A DNA stretch of 64,000 nt from a bacterium (lineage in GTDB: Bacteria; UBA8248): assembly GCA_965221165.1 (NCBI GenBank), contig CBDCRP010000003.1:544001-608000 (forward strand), written 5' to 3'. The position numbers and the translations under genes are program-made. The notes under the pieces are model-generated. The model did not search any database. It was not told the DNA's origin and worked only from the letters and a program-made list of their open reading frames with translations. This document shows positions 1 through 8,969 of this stretch, one piece after another. Position 1 is the stretch's first letter; each line of letters starts with the position of its first letter.

Positions 1-354
1 GAGGACCGCAGGTACGGCGGCACCAAGCCCCTGAACGAGGCGCTTCTGGATCGCTTTCCGGTCACCGTGAAAATGGACTACCTGCCCTTCGAGGCGGAAG
101 TCGAGGTCATCATGCAGCAGAGCGGAAACCACGACGAAGAGTTGATCAAGCGCATGGTGCGCGTGGGCCACGACGTGCGCGAGGCCATGAAGAACGAAAA
201 GGTGTTCTGCACGTTCAGCACCCGGCGCCTCATAGACTGGGCGCGAATGGCCGGGCAGTTCGACCCCATGGAAGCCGCCGTCTCGACCATCTTCAGCAAA
301 GTGAATTCTTTCGACGCCAAGGTGCTCGAGGATATCGTAGACAACCACTTCTAG
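1..354 (+). CDS. MoxR/CbbQ/NirQ/CobS-type AAA+ ATPase, C-terminal part (5' end outside window)
   Basis: Frame open from base 1: EDRRYGGTKPLNEALLDRF (arginine-finger region) and FSTRRLIDW (CbbQ/CobS C-terminal motif); directly upstream of a VWA gene. Confidence 0.85.
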   Translation, partial: EDRRYGGTKPLNEALLDRFPVTVKMDYLPFEAEVEVIMQQSGNHDEELIKRMVRVGHDVREAMKNEKVFCTFSTRRLIDWARMAGQFDPMEAAVSTIFSKVNSFDAKVLEDIVDNHF

Positions 355-368
355 CCGGGAGATGAGGC

Positions 369-2138
369 ATGGAGCGCCGACGCGCTCGGCTCGAAGCGCT
401 GGCGCAGGTCACCGCGCACGATTACGACCTCGCCCTGAGCTTCGGCCCCAAGGCGAAGAACGGGGAAGACGCCATTCACGTCGAAGACCCCGAACAAACC
501 CTCGCGCGCCTGGGCGGCGGGTTGAACGACGAGCACGTCCTCAGATACCAGAAGGGCATGACGCTCATCGAGGTGGCCCATAAAATCCAGGGGACGTTCC
601 GCTGGGCGGGCCGCGCCGCGCTCGCGAACCGCGAAAGGCCGGGCCTTTTCCATATATGGCACACGCTCGAGGACGCGCGGTGCGAAAACCGCCTCGCGGA
701 ATCACTGCCCGGCACCAAGAAGAATTTCAGGGCCTTCATCCGTCCGGCCATCGAAGCCGCCGAGCGCAACCACGCGCACGGGGAACTCCCCCTGTTTTTG
801 CAGATCCAGTGGGGAATCTACCTCGCGGGGGTCGGGCAGACGCCCGGCGTCCCCTCCTCACGGCCCGGAGATCTCCCCGCGGCCTGGTTCGACCCGGCCG
901 TCGTCCAGATTTTTCACAGGCTCATCCCGCTGATAGATCGCGCCTGCTCGGCCAGTGACCCGAAAACCGCCTTCGATTGCGCAAACGAGATTTACGACGC
1001 CATCCAGCGCTATCTCACCGAAGAACAGCTCACCCGGATGAACGAGCAGGAAGAACTCTCCGACGTTCCCGAAGAAATTCTCCAGAAAATGGAGAATCAG
1101 AACATGGAGGGAGATGAAGACGAATCGCTCGAACTGCTGCACCCCGAAGCCCTCGATGAAATCGATGACGAGGAAGGGGAGCAGATAGAACTCACGCCGG
1201 AGGAACTCGCGGCCCTGGGACACTGGGCTTCGCCCTGGTTCGAGCTCGAGGGGAACAAAAAAGAGATCCACCCCACCGCAGATCATCCCGACGAGCGGAC
1301 CATCGTATTGCCGCCCGAGGGCAAGGCCGAGGAATACGCGGCGATCATGGACAGGGCGGGCAGCGCCATCAAGGTGCTGGTGTGGAAGCTCATGCAAATC
1401 ATCCAGGAGAGAACCTATACCCGTTTCAGCGGCTCGCATCGCTCCGGCAAGCTGAACCTCCCCAAACTCTGGAAACAGCGGCTGGGGAAATTCCATCTTT
1501 TCCACCGAAAAGAAGAACCCGACAAGCTCGACGTCTGCTTCACGCTGCTCGTGGACGAAAGCGGCAGCATGAACCGCGAGTCGAAATACATGGCCGCGAG
1601 AGAGGCGACCATATTCTTCGCCGAAGCGCTCGATCGTCTCGACGTGCCCTTCGAGGTCATAGGCTACTCCACCGAGAGTTCCGAAGCCGCCATGGCGGCG
1701 GCCCTCGGCCACATCCCCGCGTTCAAGTTCCGCCACATCCGGCACTCTCCGCTGCAACACCGCGTCTACAAGGGATTCGAGGATAATTTCCCCCAGGTCA
1801 AGAACCGGCTCGTCAACATCTATCCCCGCTTCAACAACTGGGACGAGGAACACCTCCTGTTCGCCTATCGAAGGCTCATACAGCGGCCCGAGGAGGAGAA
1901 AATCATCATCATCACATCGGACGGCCAGCCCAACGGGGACGCCACCCATCTCGTGAGCACGGTGAACCGGCTGCAAAAGCTCGGCGTCCGCGTCATCGGC
2001 GTCGGCGTGGTGGACCCCTTCGTGGAGCAAATCTACCCCAACCACATCGTGGTGCAGGACCTTTCTCAGCTTTCCACCGAACTCGTGAACATCCTCCGGC
2101 GCGAACTGCTCGGCGGAGTCGAGGCCCGCACTTGGTAG
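369..2138 (+). CDS. CobT/NorD/CbbO-like von Willebrand factor A domain protein
   Basis: N-terminal HTLEDARCE, acidic linker, SGKLN motif, MIDAS DESGS and C-terminal SDGQP. Confidence 0.85.
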   Translation: MERRRARLEALAQVTAHDYDLALSFGPKAKNGEDAIHVEDPEQTLARLGGGLNDEHVLRYQKGMTLIEVAHKIQGTFRWAGRAALANRERPGLFHIWHTLEDARCENRLAESLPGTKKNFRAFIRPAIEAAERNHAHGELPLFLQIQWGIYLAGVGQTPGVPSSRPGDLPAAWFDPAVVQIFHRLIPLIDRACSASDPKTAFDCANEIYDAIQRYLTEEQLTRMNEQEELSDVPEEILQKMENQNMEGDEDESLELLHPEALDEIDDEEGEQIELTPEELAALGHWASPWFELEGNKKEIHPTADHPDERTIVLPPEGKAEEYAAIMDRAGSAIKVLVWKLMQIIQERTYTRFSGSHRSGKLNLPKLWKQRLGKFHLFHRKEEPDKLDVCFTLLVDESGSMNRESKYMAAREATIFFAEALDRLDVPFEVIGYSTESSEAAMAAALGHIPAFKFRHIRHSPLQHRVYKGFEDNFPQVKNRLVNIYPRFNNWDEEHLLFAYRRLIQRPEEEKIIIITSDGQPNGDATHLVSTVNRLQKLGVRVIGVGVVDPFVEQIYPNHIVVQDLSQLSTELVNILRRELLGGVEARTW

Positions 2139-2959
2139 CGGGAGACGGCATCGTTCGCTCCCTCGGCATCAAACCGGGGCAAAGCGTCGCGGCGGTCGGC
2201 GGAGGCGGCAAAACGAGCCTTCTGACGGGCATCGCAAAATGCTTCCACGCGCAAAACGGGAAGTCTGCAATTCTCACGACGACCACCAAGATTTTCGCGC
2301 CGCTCCCCGAGGAGGGGCTTCAACTGGTTCTGGGCGATATCGAGACGCTCTCGGAAAACCTCCGCCCCTACATGGACGCCTGCGGAATCTCCTGGTTCGC
2401 CCGCAGCCGCGAGGGGAAGACGCCGGTTCCGGGCCGGGAGAACGAGCAACGCATGAAACTAGGCGGCTTCGCGCCCACAGAAATCGCCCGCCTCAAGCTG
2501 GGCGATGGCCTCACCCTCATCGAGGCGGACGGGGCGCGAAGACTGCCCATCAAGGCGCCGGGTCCAGATGAACCCGTATTGCCCGGAGGTCTCGACGCCG
2601 TATTGGGCGTCTTGGGTGTAGACGCTCTGGGCGCGCCCCTGGGTGAGGCGCACGTCTTTCGGCCCGAGTTGTTCGGGCGAATATGCGGTCTGAAAGCCGG
2701 TGAGGAGATAACGGCGGAAGCCATAGGGAGATTGTGCGCGCATCCCGAAGGTCTTTTTCACAAGACGGAAGCCGGCGCGCGCAAGTGGATCGTCGTGAAC
2801 AAGGCCGATTTGGAAACTTCGGTGGAAAAATTGGAAAAAACGGCCTATACTATATGGGAACTGGCTGGGAAACCCCATGGTCCGGCGGACGGCATTCTCT
2901 TCACGTCTTGTCTGAATGGCGAATGTGAAGTATTCATGCGGATCATACCGGATGTGTAA
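2132..2959 (+). CDS. yqeC: Selenium-dependent molybdenum hydroxylase accessory protein YqeC
   Basis: VGGGGKTSL, LTTTTKI, IEADGARRLPIKAPGPDEPV and VVNKAD motifs. Confidence 0.85.
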   Translation: MVAGDGIVRSLGIKPGQSVAAVGGGGKTSLLTGIAKCFHAQNGKSAILTTTTKIFAPLPEEGLQLVLGDIETLSENLRPYMDACGISWFARSREGKTPVPGRENEQRMKLGGFAPTEIARLKLGDGLTLIEADGARRLPIKAPGPDEPVLPGGLDAVLGVLGVDALGAPLGEAHVFRPELFGRICGLKAGEEITAEAIGRLCAHPEGLFHKTEAGARKWIVVNKADLETSVEKLEKTAYTIWELAGKPHGPADGILFTSCLNGECEVFMRIIPDV

Positions 2960-2990
2960 CTACTGCAATTCCACGTAAGCGGAGCGGGAA

Positions 2991-4136
2991 ATGAGCAAGG
3001 ACGTATTCAAGGAGATGACCAGGCTGAAGGAAGACGGCCAGAGCGGCGCGCTCGCCACCGTCGTGGCCCGCAAGGGGTCTGCGCCCATGAGCGGCGATGC
3101 GAAGATGCTCGTGCGCGAGGACGGCAGCACGGAAGGCACCGTCGGGGGCGGCTGTCTCGAGGCGGAAGTCTGGGAAACCGCGATGAGCGTCCTCGAAACG
3201 GGAGAACCCGAAAAACTCACCTTCGACCTCACCCAGCAGGAAGCGGAAGACAGCGGACATATCTGCGGCGGCGTCGTGGAGATACTGGTGGAACCGTTCC
3301 AGGCGTTTCAGGAAGAGTTGCTCGGGGAGATCAACCGAATCAGGAACCAGGGCGGCAGCGCGGCGCTGGCGACCATCGTTCAGCCGGGCGAACTCGATAT
3401 CCCGACGCCCGAGGCCAGAAAAATGCTCTTCCGGCGCGACGGCAGCTCCGTAGGCGAAATTCCCAACTACTCGACGGAAATCTGGGCGGAGAGCACGCAA
3501 ATCATCCGCCAGGGCAGCCCCACGCTCTTGCAGTTCAACAGAGACGCTGCGCGCGCGGGCGGCAAAAGGTCCACGCTCGAGGGGGCTACCGAAATCTTCG
3601 TCGAACCCATATCCGGCCAGCCGCTCGTCTATATCTTCGGCGGCGGTCACGTGTCTTTCTGCGTCGCGCAGGCGGCCTACCTCGGCGGCTTCCGGGTCGC
3701 GATCGTCGAAGACAGGCCCTCGTTCGCGAACAAGGAACGCTTCCCGATGGCGGAGTCGTTCTTCGTGGGAGAATTTCCCGAGATTTTCGAGAAAATTCCG
3801 GTCGACGAGTCGGACTACCTCGCCATCATCACCCGGGGCCACTCGAACGACGAGGTCGTCCTCGAATGGGCGATGAAGACGCCCGCGCGCTACATCGGGA
3901 TGATTGGCTCCAAAAGCAAGGTGCTGCTCACCTATCGCCACCTTCAGGACAGGGGCTACGAGCGAGGCGAACTCATCGGGCGCGTTCATGCGCCCATAGG
4001 TCTCGACATCGGCGCCGATACGCCGGGAGAGATCGGGGTCGCCATCGTCGCCGAACTCATCCGCCACCGCCGCCGGGGCGTGGCCGAGGGCGAGGGCACG
4101 GGCAGCAAAAGGGTGCAACTCAGAAGAAAATCCTAG
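2991..4136 (+). CDS. xdhC: XdhC/CoxI family molybdenum cofactor insertion chaperone
   Basis: ATVV..KGSAP, GTVGGGCLE, CGG, FGGGHV, TRGHSND, YIGMIGS, HAPIGLDIGADTPGEI. Confidence 0.9.
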   Translation: MSKDVFKEMTRLKEDGQSGALATVVARKGSAPMSGDAKMLVREDGSTEGTVGGGCLEAEVWETAMSVLETGEPEKLTFDLTQQEAEDSGHICGGVVEILVEPFQAFQEELLGEINRIRNQGGSAALATIVQPGELDIPTPEARKMLFRRDGSSVGEIPNYSTEIWAESTQIIRQGSPTLLQFNRDAARAGGKRSTLEGATEIFVEPISGQPLVYIFGGGHVSFCVAQAAYLGGFRVAIVEDRPSFANKERFPMAESFFVGEFPEIFEKIPVDESDYLAIITRGHSNDEVVLEWAMKTPARYIGMIGSKSKVLLTYRHLQDRGYERGELIGRVHAPIGLDIGADTPGEIGVAIVAELIRHRRRGVAEGEGTGSKRVQLRRKS

Positions 4137-4217
4137 AACGTCCAGCCGCAAACGGCCCGCGCGAGGGGGCCGCATTCCACTATACCCAGGACCCGAAGCG
4201 AGTGCATCCCAGGGATC

Positions 4218-4973
4218 ATGGGTTATCTCCGCAGGCTCATCGGCGCAGCGACGGATTTCCTCATCCCCCCGAAGTGCCTTTTGTGTTCGGCTTCCATGCA
4301 AATCGGCGACCCCCATGCGATATGCGCCCCTTGTACGGACGCTTTCGAGCGTTTCGAACCGCCTTGGTGTCCCAGGTGCGGCGACCCCTTCCGCTCCCAA
4401 GCCACCCTCGCCCACTCCCCGGCCCACGTTTGCGCGGATTGCCTGGAAAATACCCACCATTACGACATGGCCCGCGCCATCGGCGCGTATGAAGGCTCGC
4501 TGCGAGAATCTATCCACCTCTTCAAATTCCAGGGTTTCACAAAACTGGCGCGTGAGTTCGCTCCCCATCTCGCCGAACTCGCGACGGACGAATTAGGTGC
4601 GGATGAAGACGCCCGAAATGTGCTCCTGACGCACGTGCCCATCGACCCAGCCCGCTGGAGAACCAGAGGCTTCGATCAAGCGATGCTGCTCGCACTCAGG
4701 ACGGCGGAGCACCTGGGCGTGCCCCACGCGGATTGCCTCGAGCGCGCGAAGGCGACCCGCTCGCAAACGGGATTATCGGCGAGAGAGCGGCACCGGAACA
4801 TGCGGGGCGTCTTCCGGGTTCGCTCCAAGGGTAAGCGCCGAGATATTGAGGCGGCCACGTGCATACTCGTCGACGACGTCGTCACGACCGGCGCGACCGC
4901 CTCGGCCTGCGCGAGAGAGCTCAAAAAAGCGGGCGCCGAAGCCGTGCACCTGCTCACCATATGTCGCTCATGA
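4218..4973 (+). CDS. comF: ComF family protein (double zinc ribbon plus phosphoribosyltransferase domain)
   Basis: Four CxxC pairs, RGFDQA, LVDDVVTTGAT. Confidence 0.9.
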   Translation: MGYLRRLIGAATDFLIPPKCLLCSASMQIGDPHAICAPCTDAFERFEPPWCPRCGDPFRSQATLAHSPAHVCADCLENTHHYDMARAIGAYEGSLRESIHLFKFQGFTKLAREFAPHLAELATDELGADEDARNVLLTHVPIDPARWRTRGFDQAMLLALRTAEHLGVPHADCLERAKATRSQTGLSARERHRNMRGVFRVRSKGKRRDIEAATCILVDDVVTTGATASACARELKKAGAEAVHLLTICRS

Positions 4974-5067
4974 GGGGTTTGAGGCTTTCCGTGGAAGGAG
5001 AATATATTATTCAATGATAAATTCATGAAAAATAAGTAGAACTCTAGGTAACAATGAGGGGTAGAAA

Positions 5068-5889
5068 ATGCAAGATCAGTACATAGGTGATGTAGGGGAT
5101 TTCGGCAAATATGGTTTACTCCGCGCTATCACACAACCTAACATCACGGAGACAGGCAGATCAGAAGCCTTGAGTCTCGGCGTCGTCTGGTACCGACATC
5201 CCGACGAGCAAAGCAAAAACGATGGAAGCAAAATTAATTATCTCGACACTTCAAAGCGTGACAGCTTTCGGGTGTGTGACCCTGAACTATATGATTGCCT
5301 AGCAAAGATCGTAAGATATGATCCCCGTACCAAGACAGCTAAGGGTCGCAGAGCGATATCGAGAATCGGGAATAGCAAGATACTCGGTCCAAAAACCCGT
5401 TTTGGGGGCAAGAGATGTCCAAGTGGAGACCCCGTTGCTCGGGAAAAATGGCACAGAGAAACATTGAAAACTATGAAGAGATGCGACTTAGTATTCCTAG
5501 ATCCGGATAATGGCCTGAAATGCGACCAACAGTTTGTCAGTGGAAAACATGCGTATCTTGCGGAGGTGCTGGGCTTTGTTTGTCAAGGAAATGCCGTAAT
5601 TTTCTACCATCATCCGGGCCGGATAAAAAATACTACTCCTGACAAGTCTTCGCACGACACGCAAATTGAAAACCTCGCGAAATATCTTGCTCGCAAACTG
5701 AATAGCAATCATCATGTGTCAGCTTTCCGCTATCGAAGAGGCACTTCTCGAGCATTTTTCGTCATTTGGCCCACAGATCGGCATGAGATATTCAAGTCCC
5801 GTATACAGGCGGTGGGAGATGGGCTATGGGGTAAGGCAAACCATTTTGAACTTACTGTGCCTTCTCTCCGTGGGAAAAAGCGCAAATAG
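5068..5889 (+). CDS. Conserved hypothetical protein, possible SAM-dependent methyltransferase-like fold
   Basis: AT-richer ORF with RBS GAGGGG; motifs QYIGDVGDFGKYGLLR and DLVFLDPDNG. Confidence 0.65.
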   Translation: MQDQYIGDVGDFGKYGLLRAITQPNITETGRSEALSLGVVWYRHPDEQSKNDGSKINYLDTSKRDSFRVCDPELYDCLAKIVRYDPRTKTAKGRRAISRIGNSKILGPKTRFGGKRCPSGDPVAREKWHRETLKTMKRCDLVFLDPDNGLKCDQQFVSGKHAYLAEVLGFVCQGNAVIFYHHPGRIKNTTPDKSSHDTQIENLAKYLARKLNSNHHVSAFRYRRGTSRAFFVIWPTDRHEIFKSRIQAVGDGLWGKANHFELTVPSLRGKKRK

Positions 5890-5909
5890 TAACGGAGGCG
5901 CAGAGAGTT

Positions 5910-5936
5910 GGGCGGACACACGGTTCCGCCCCTACG
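5910..5936 (-). repeat. GTAG-type REP-like palindrome, single copy
   Basis: GGGCGGACACACGGTTCCGCCCCTACG, 24/27 identical to 18994-19020. Confidence 0.75.
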
Positions 5937-6399
5937 AACGAAACTCGCCTCCCCTGCTTCCGCCGTTCACGACCATCCGCGCCGCGAGGATGAGGGCATC
6001 CACCATGCTGGAGGGGTCGGCGATGCCGCGTCCGGCGATGGGGTAGCCCGTCCCGTGCTCGACCGAGGTCCTGATGATGGGCAGGCCCAGCGTCACGTTG
6101 ACGCCGCGAACGCTGCGAACCCGAAAGCCGACTGCCAGTATCATCGGTAAGGCGTAATGGTGTATACGGTATTCCTTGCCATCCGAGGCAGTTATTAAAA
6201 AATCCTTAACAACTGAATTTTTATCTAACTCTCTTTCTTTCAATATGTTGGATATATGGATACTGATATTCGCCTTGGAGGTGGCAAAAAGTTCGGCGAG
6301 TTGACTTTGATTCAACCAGATAGTGCCGTCATGGGTGTAAAGCCCCACGGCAATTTGACCATCCGGAGTGTTGTAGATGATTATGTCCTGCTTATCCAA
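5932..6399 (-). pseudogene. Chimeric ORF: N-terminal fragment of a RhuM-family protein fused in frame to a duplicated pdxA C-terminus
   Basis: GGAGG then TTG at 6399. IIIYNTPDG...[13 protein letters not shown]...[13 protein letters not shown] (RhuM N-terminus) continues as [19 protein letters not shown] (PdxA end). Confidence 0.8.
5966..6112. repeat. 147-bp direct repeat, copy 1 (duplicate of pdxA 3' end)
   Basis: 144/147 identical to 6608-6754; mismatches at 5991, 5995 and 5998. Confidence 0.95.
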
Positions 6400-6600
6400 G
6401 ACTACCTCCAAAATTGGAATTCTCATTCCCTCAGATCTGTATATCACCCATCCCGAAAAATGCGTAGTGAAACACCCGCATCTCCCAACATTCGCAATGA
6501 GCTTCGCTCTGACCCATGCGCTATTTTCATTGAGGCTGCATTTGAGTTCTCGCCGCTAGCCCGAGCAGAAGTCGGACTTTTCTGACAAAGATTTTATTTT

Positions 6601-7629
6601 TTATCTATTCACGACCATCCGCGCCGCGAGGAGGAGCGCGTCCACCATGCTGGAGGGGTCGGCGATGCCGCGTCCGGCGATGGGGTAGCCCGTCCCGTGC
6701 TCGACCGAGGTCCTGATGATGGGCAGGCCCAGCGTCACGTTGACGCCGCGAACGGCCCCCTGCCCTTGTGAGTCGAAGCGAAAACACATTAATTTTCCCG
6801 GAATATGGCCCTGATCATGATACATGGCCACCACACCAGAGTAGTAGCCGCCGCGCAGCTTGCCGAAAATCGTGTCGGGCGATTCAGGCCCGTGCGCGTC
6901 GACGCCCATCTCCCTTAGGTCCGCGACCGCGGGCGCGATTTCCTCCACTTCCTCCCTGCCGAACAGCCCGGCCTCGCCCGCATGGGGATTGAGACCCGCC
7001 ACGCCGATTCTGGGTTGCTTGCGGTCCAGAAGGCGCAGGGCATCGTCCAGAACGCGCGCCACGTATACGATTCTTTTTCTCTTGACGCGCCTGAGCGCCA
7101 CCCTCAAAGGACAATGGGTGGAGAGGTGCGCGATGCGAATCTTGCGGTGCGCCAGCATCATAACGGGCCGCCCCTTCCCGCACAGGGCGGCGAGCATTTC
7201 GGTATGTCCCGGGTAGTCATACCCCCCGGCCTGTAAGGATTCCTTGTTTATCGGCGCGGTGGCGACGGCGTCCGCCCGGCCTGAGCGCGCCATCGAGACG
7301 GCCTTTTCGATGTACTGGCCGGACGCTGCGCCCAATTCGGAGAGAACTTTTCCGAAAACGCGGTGCCCGGAAGCCACGTTCTTGAGATCAACCACGGGCG
7401 TGATATCCGACCCATGATATCGCGCAAGCGCTCCTTCGTCCTTGACCCGTTCCAGCCGGGCCGGAATCTTCATCCTCCGCGCGTGTTTCCTCAAAACGGC
7501 CATATCGCCGACGATGAGGGGCACGCATTTTTTCTGGACGCTCTCCACCCGGGCGGCCTTGAGGCAAACCTCGGGTCCCACTCCCGCCGGGTCTCCCATG
7601 GTCATTGCGATTACGGGTCGTCGTTTCAA
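6601..7629 (-). CDS. pdxA: 4-hydroxythreonine-4-phosphate dehydrogenase family (PdxA/PdxA2)
   Basis: [49 protein letters not shown]. Probable TTG start at 7629; the ORF extends to 7710. Confidence 0.92.
   Translation of the reverse strand: MKRRPVIAMTMGDPAGVGPEVCLKAARVESVQKKCVPLIVGDMAVLRKHARRMKIPARLERVKDEGALARYHGSDITPVVDLKNVASGHRVFGKVLSELGAASGQYIEKAVSMARSGRADAVATAPINKESLQAGGYDYPGHTEMLAALCGKGRPVMMLAHRKIRIAHLSTHCPLRVALRRVKRKRIVYVARVLDDALRLLDRKQPRIGVAGLNPHAGEAGLFGREEVEEIAPAVADLREMGVDAHGPESPDTIFGKLRGGYYSGVVAMYHDQGHIPGKLMCFRFDSQGQGAVRGVNVTLGLPIIRTSVEHGTGYPIAGRGIADPSSMVDALLLAARMVVNR
6608..6754. repeat. 147-bp direct repeat, copy 2 (within pdxA)
   Basis: Pairs with 5966-6112 at an offset of 642 bp. 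Confidence 0.95.
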
Positions 7630-7764
7630 TACGGATTCCTTTTTTCTCTCCGCGCCGGATAAGGGAAAATATCGTCCCGCCTGAAAAAGCCCGGGCGATA
7701 TCGACCGCACAACATTATCATATCCGCGCCATCTTCGATTCGAGAGAATATTTTCCGGGAACTC

Positions 7765-8352
7765 TTGACTTTGGCAATGCGCGACACAGAAGATGGGTCT
7801 CTTAATATAAAGAATATGAAATTACCATCGAGAGGCAAATCCTTGAGCGAAAAAGGCGCGAGCGCAAGTAAAACAGTTGCGAAACTCCATGAACTCGGCT
7901 TCACGCACGTTCTCATGATTCCGGACAGCGAGAGCCGGCTCCTGTACGAAACCCTGGGAAACGACCCGAAAATCGACCTGATCACCCCCTGCCGGGAGGG
8001 AGAATCGGTCGCCATCGCAGCCGGGCTCTGGACGGGTGGCCGGAAACCACTGCTCGTGATTCAGAACACGGGGCTGATGGAGGCGGGAGACTCCTTAAGA
8101 GGCTGTGGAGCAGGCCCCAAGGTGCCCCTGCGCATGATGGTCGGCTGGCGGGGATACGGCGGAGCGATGGCCGGCAAGTCCCCGATTGATTCGGCCTATA
8201 CCTTCACGGAACCGCTGCTCCAGGCGTGGAGAATCCCGACCTGGCGGCTCATGTCGGATGACGATCTGGGAACACTCGAACTGATGGACCAAACGGCGTC
8301 AGCCACTTCTTATCCGGCGGCCGTGATCACCGGCTACGCATTCCAACCTTAA
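7765..8352 (+). CDS. ThDP-dependent decarboxylase alpha subunit (sulfopyruvate/phosphonopyruvate decarboxylase-like)
   Basis: IPDS, CREGESVAIAAGLW, IQNTGL (Pyr domain); true start may be downstream. Confidence 0.8.
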   Translation: MTLAMRDTEDGSLNIKNMKLPSRGKSLSEKGASASKTVAKLHELGFTHVLMIPDSESRLLYETLGNDPKIDLITPCREGESVAIAAGLWTGGRKPLLVIQNTGLMEAGDSLRGCGAGPKVPLRMMVGWRGYGGAMAGKSPIDSAYTFTEPLLQAWRIPTWRLMSDDDLGTLELMDQTASATSYPAAVITGYAFQP

Positions 8353-8365
8353 AGGGCGGGGCATC

Positions 8366-8950
8366 TTGATTGAGCGCATGGAATTGTTCCGGGCCTTGGC
8401 GGAGCAAAGAACAGATGAAATCGTGGTGATGACCATGACTGCCACCCTGCAGTGGCCGCTGGTCTCTGAGAGTGAGCTTGATTTCGATTTCCTGGCGTTC
8501 GGCATGGGACACGCGGCCGACTTCGGCCTGGGGCTCGCCATCGCCCGGCCCGAGCGAAAAACCATCGTCTGGAAGGGGGATGGGGGCATGCTGATGAGCC
8601 TGGGCTCGCTGGTGACGCTGGCCCGGTATGCGCCTGAAAACCTGGTTGTTTTCCTGCTCGAAAACAGGAGCTACGAGATGGTGGGCGGGCAAGAACTCCC
8701 GCCCCGGGCCGATTTCATCGAACTGGCGCTCGCCGCCGGATTCGAGGGCGGCGGCGCAACGGCAAAAGGCAAAGTGGCGCGTATCGATTCTCTCGAGACG
8801 TTTCGGGAAACACTGCCGCAGATTCTCACCGAGGCGGGCCCTCATTTCATCGTATTGCCGATCACGAACAAGGAAAAACTTCCGCCCGTCAACCATTCCG
8901 ATCATGCGGGCAGGATTCAAACCCTCAGAAAGGCGCTGAGCGTCTCGTAA
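8366..8950 (+). CDS. ThDP-dependent decarboxylase beta subunit
   Basis: GMGHA..GLGLAIARP, GDGGMLMSLGSL, N.SYEMVGGQ (PP domain). Confidence 0.82.
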   Translation: MIERMELFRALAEQRTDEIVVMTMTATLQWPLVSESELDFDFLAFGMGHAADFGLGLAIARPERKTIVWKGDGGMLMSLGSLVTLARYAPENLVVFLLENRSYEMVGGQELPPRADFIELALAAGFEGGGATAKGKVARIDSLETFRETLPQILTEAGPHFIVLPITNKEKLPPVNHSDHAGRIQTLRKALSVS

Positions 8951-8969
8951 GAAAAGAGACGAAAGAGCG

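Noticed and set aside
1-2138. Cobaltochelatase CobS/CobT
   Set aside because: No cobN or other cobalamin genes in the window; context is molybdoenzyme maturation. Not formally excluded because the upstream region is missing
2132-4136. Selenocysteine read-through near yqeC
   Set aside because: No in-frame TGA splitting a recognisable protein was seen; YqeC relates to labile Se cofactors, not Sec
5966-6754. Diversity-generating retroelement TR/VR pair
   Set aside because: The three mismatches are not confined to adenines on either strand, and no reverse transcriptase is present
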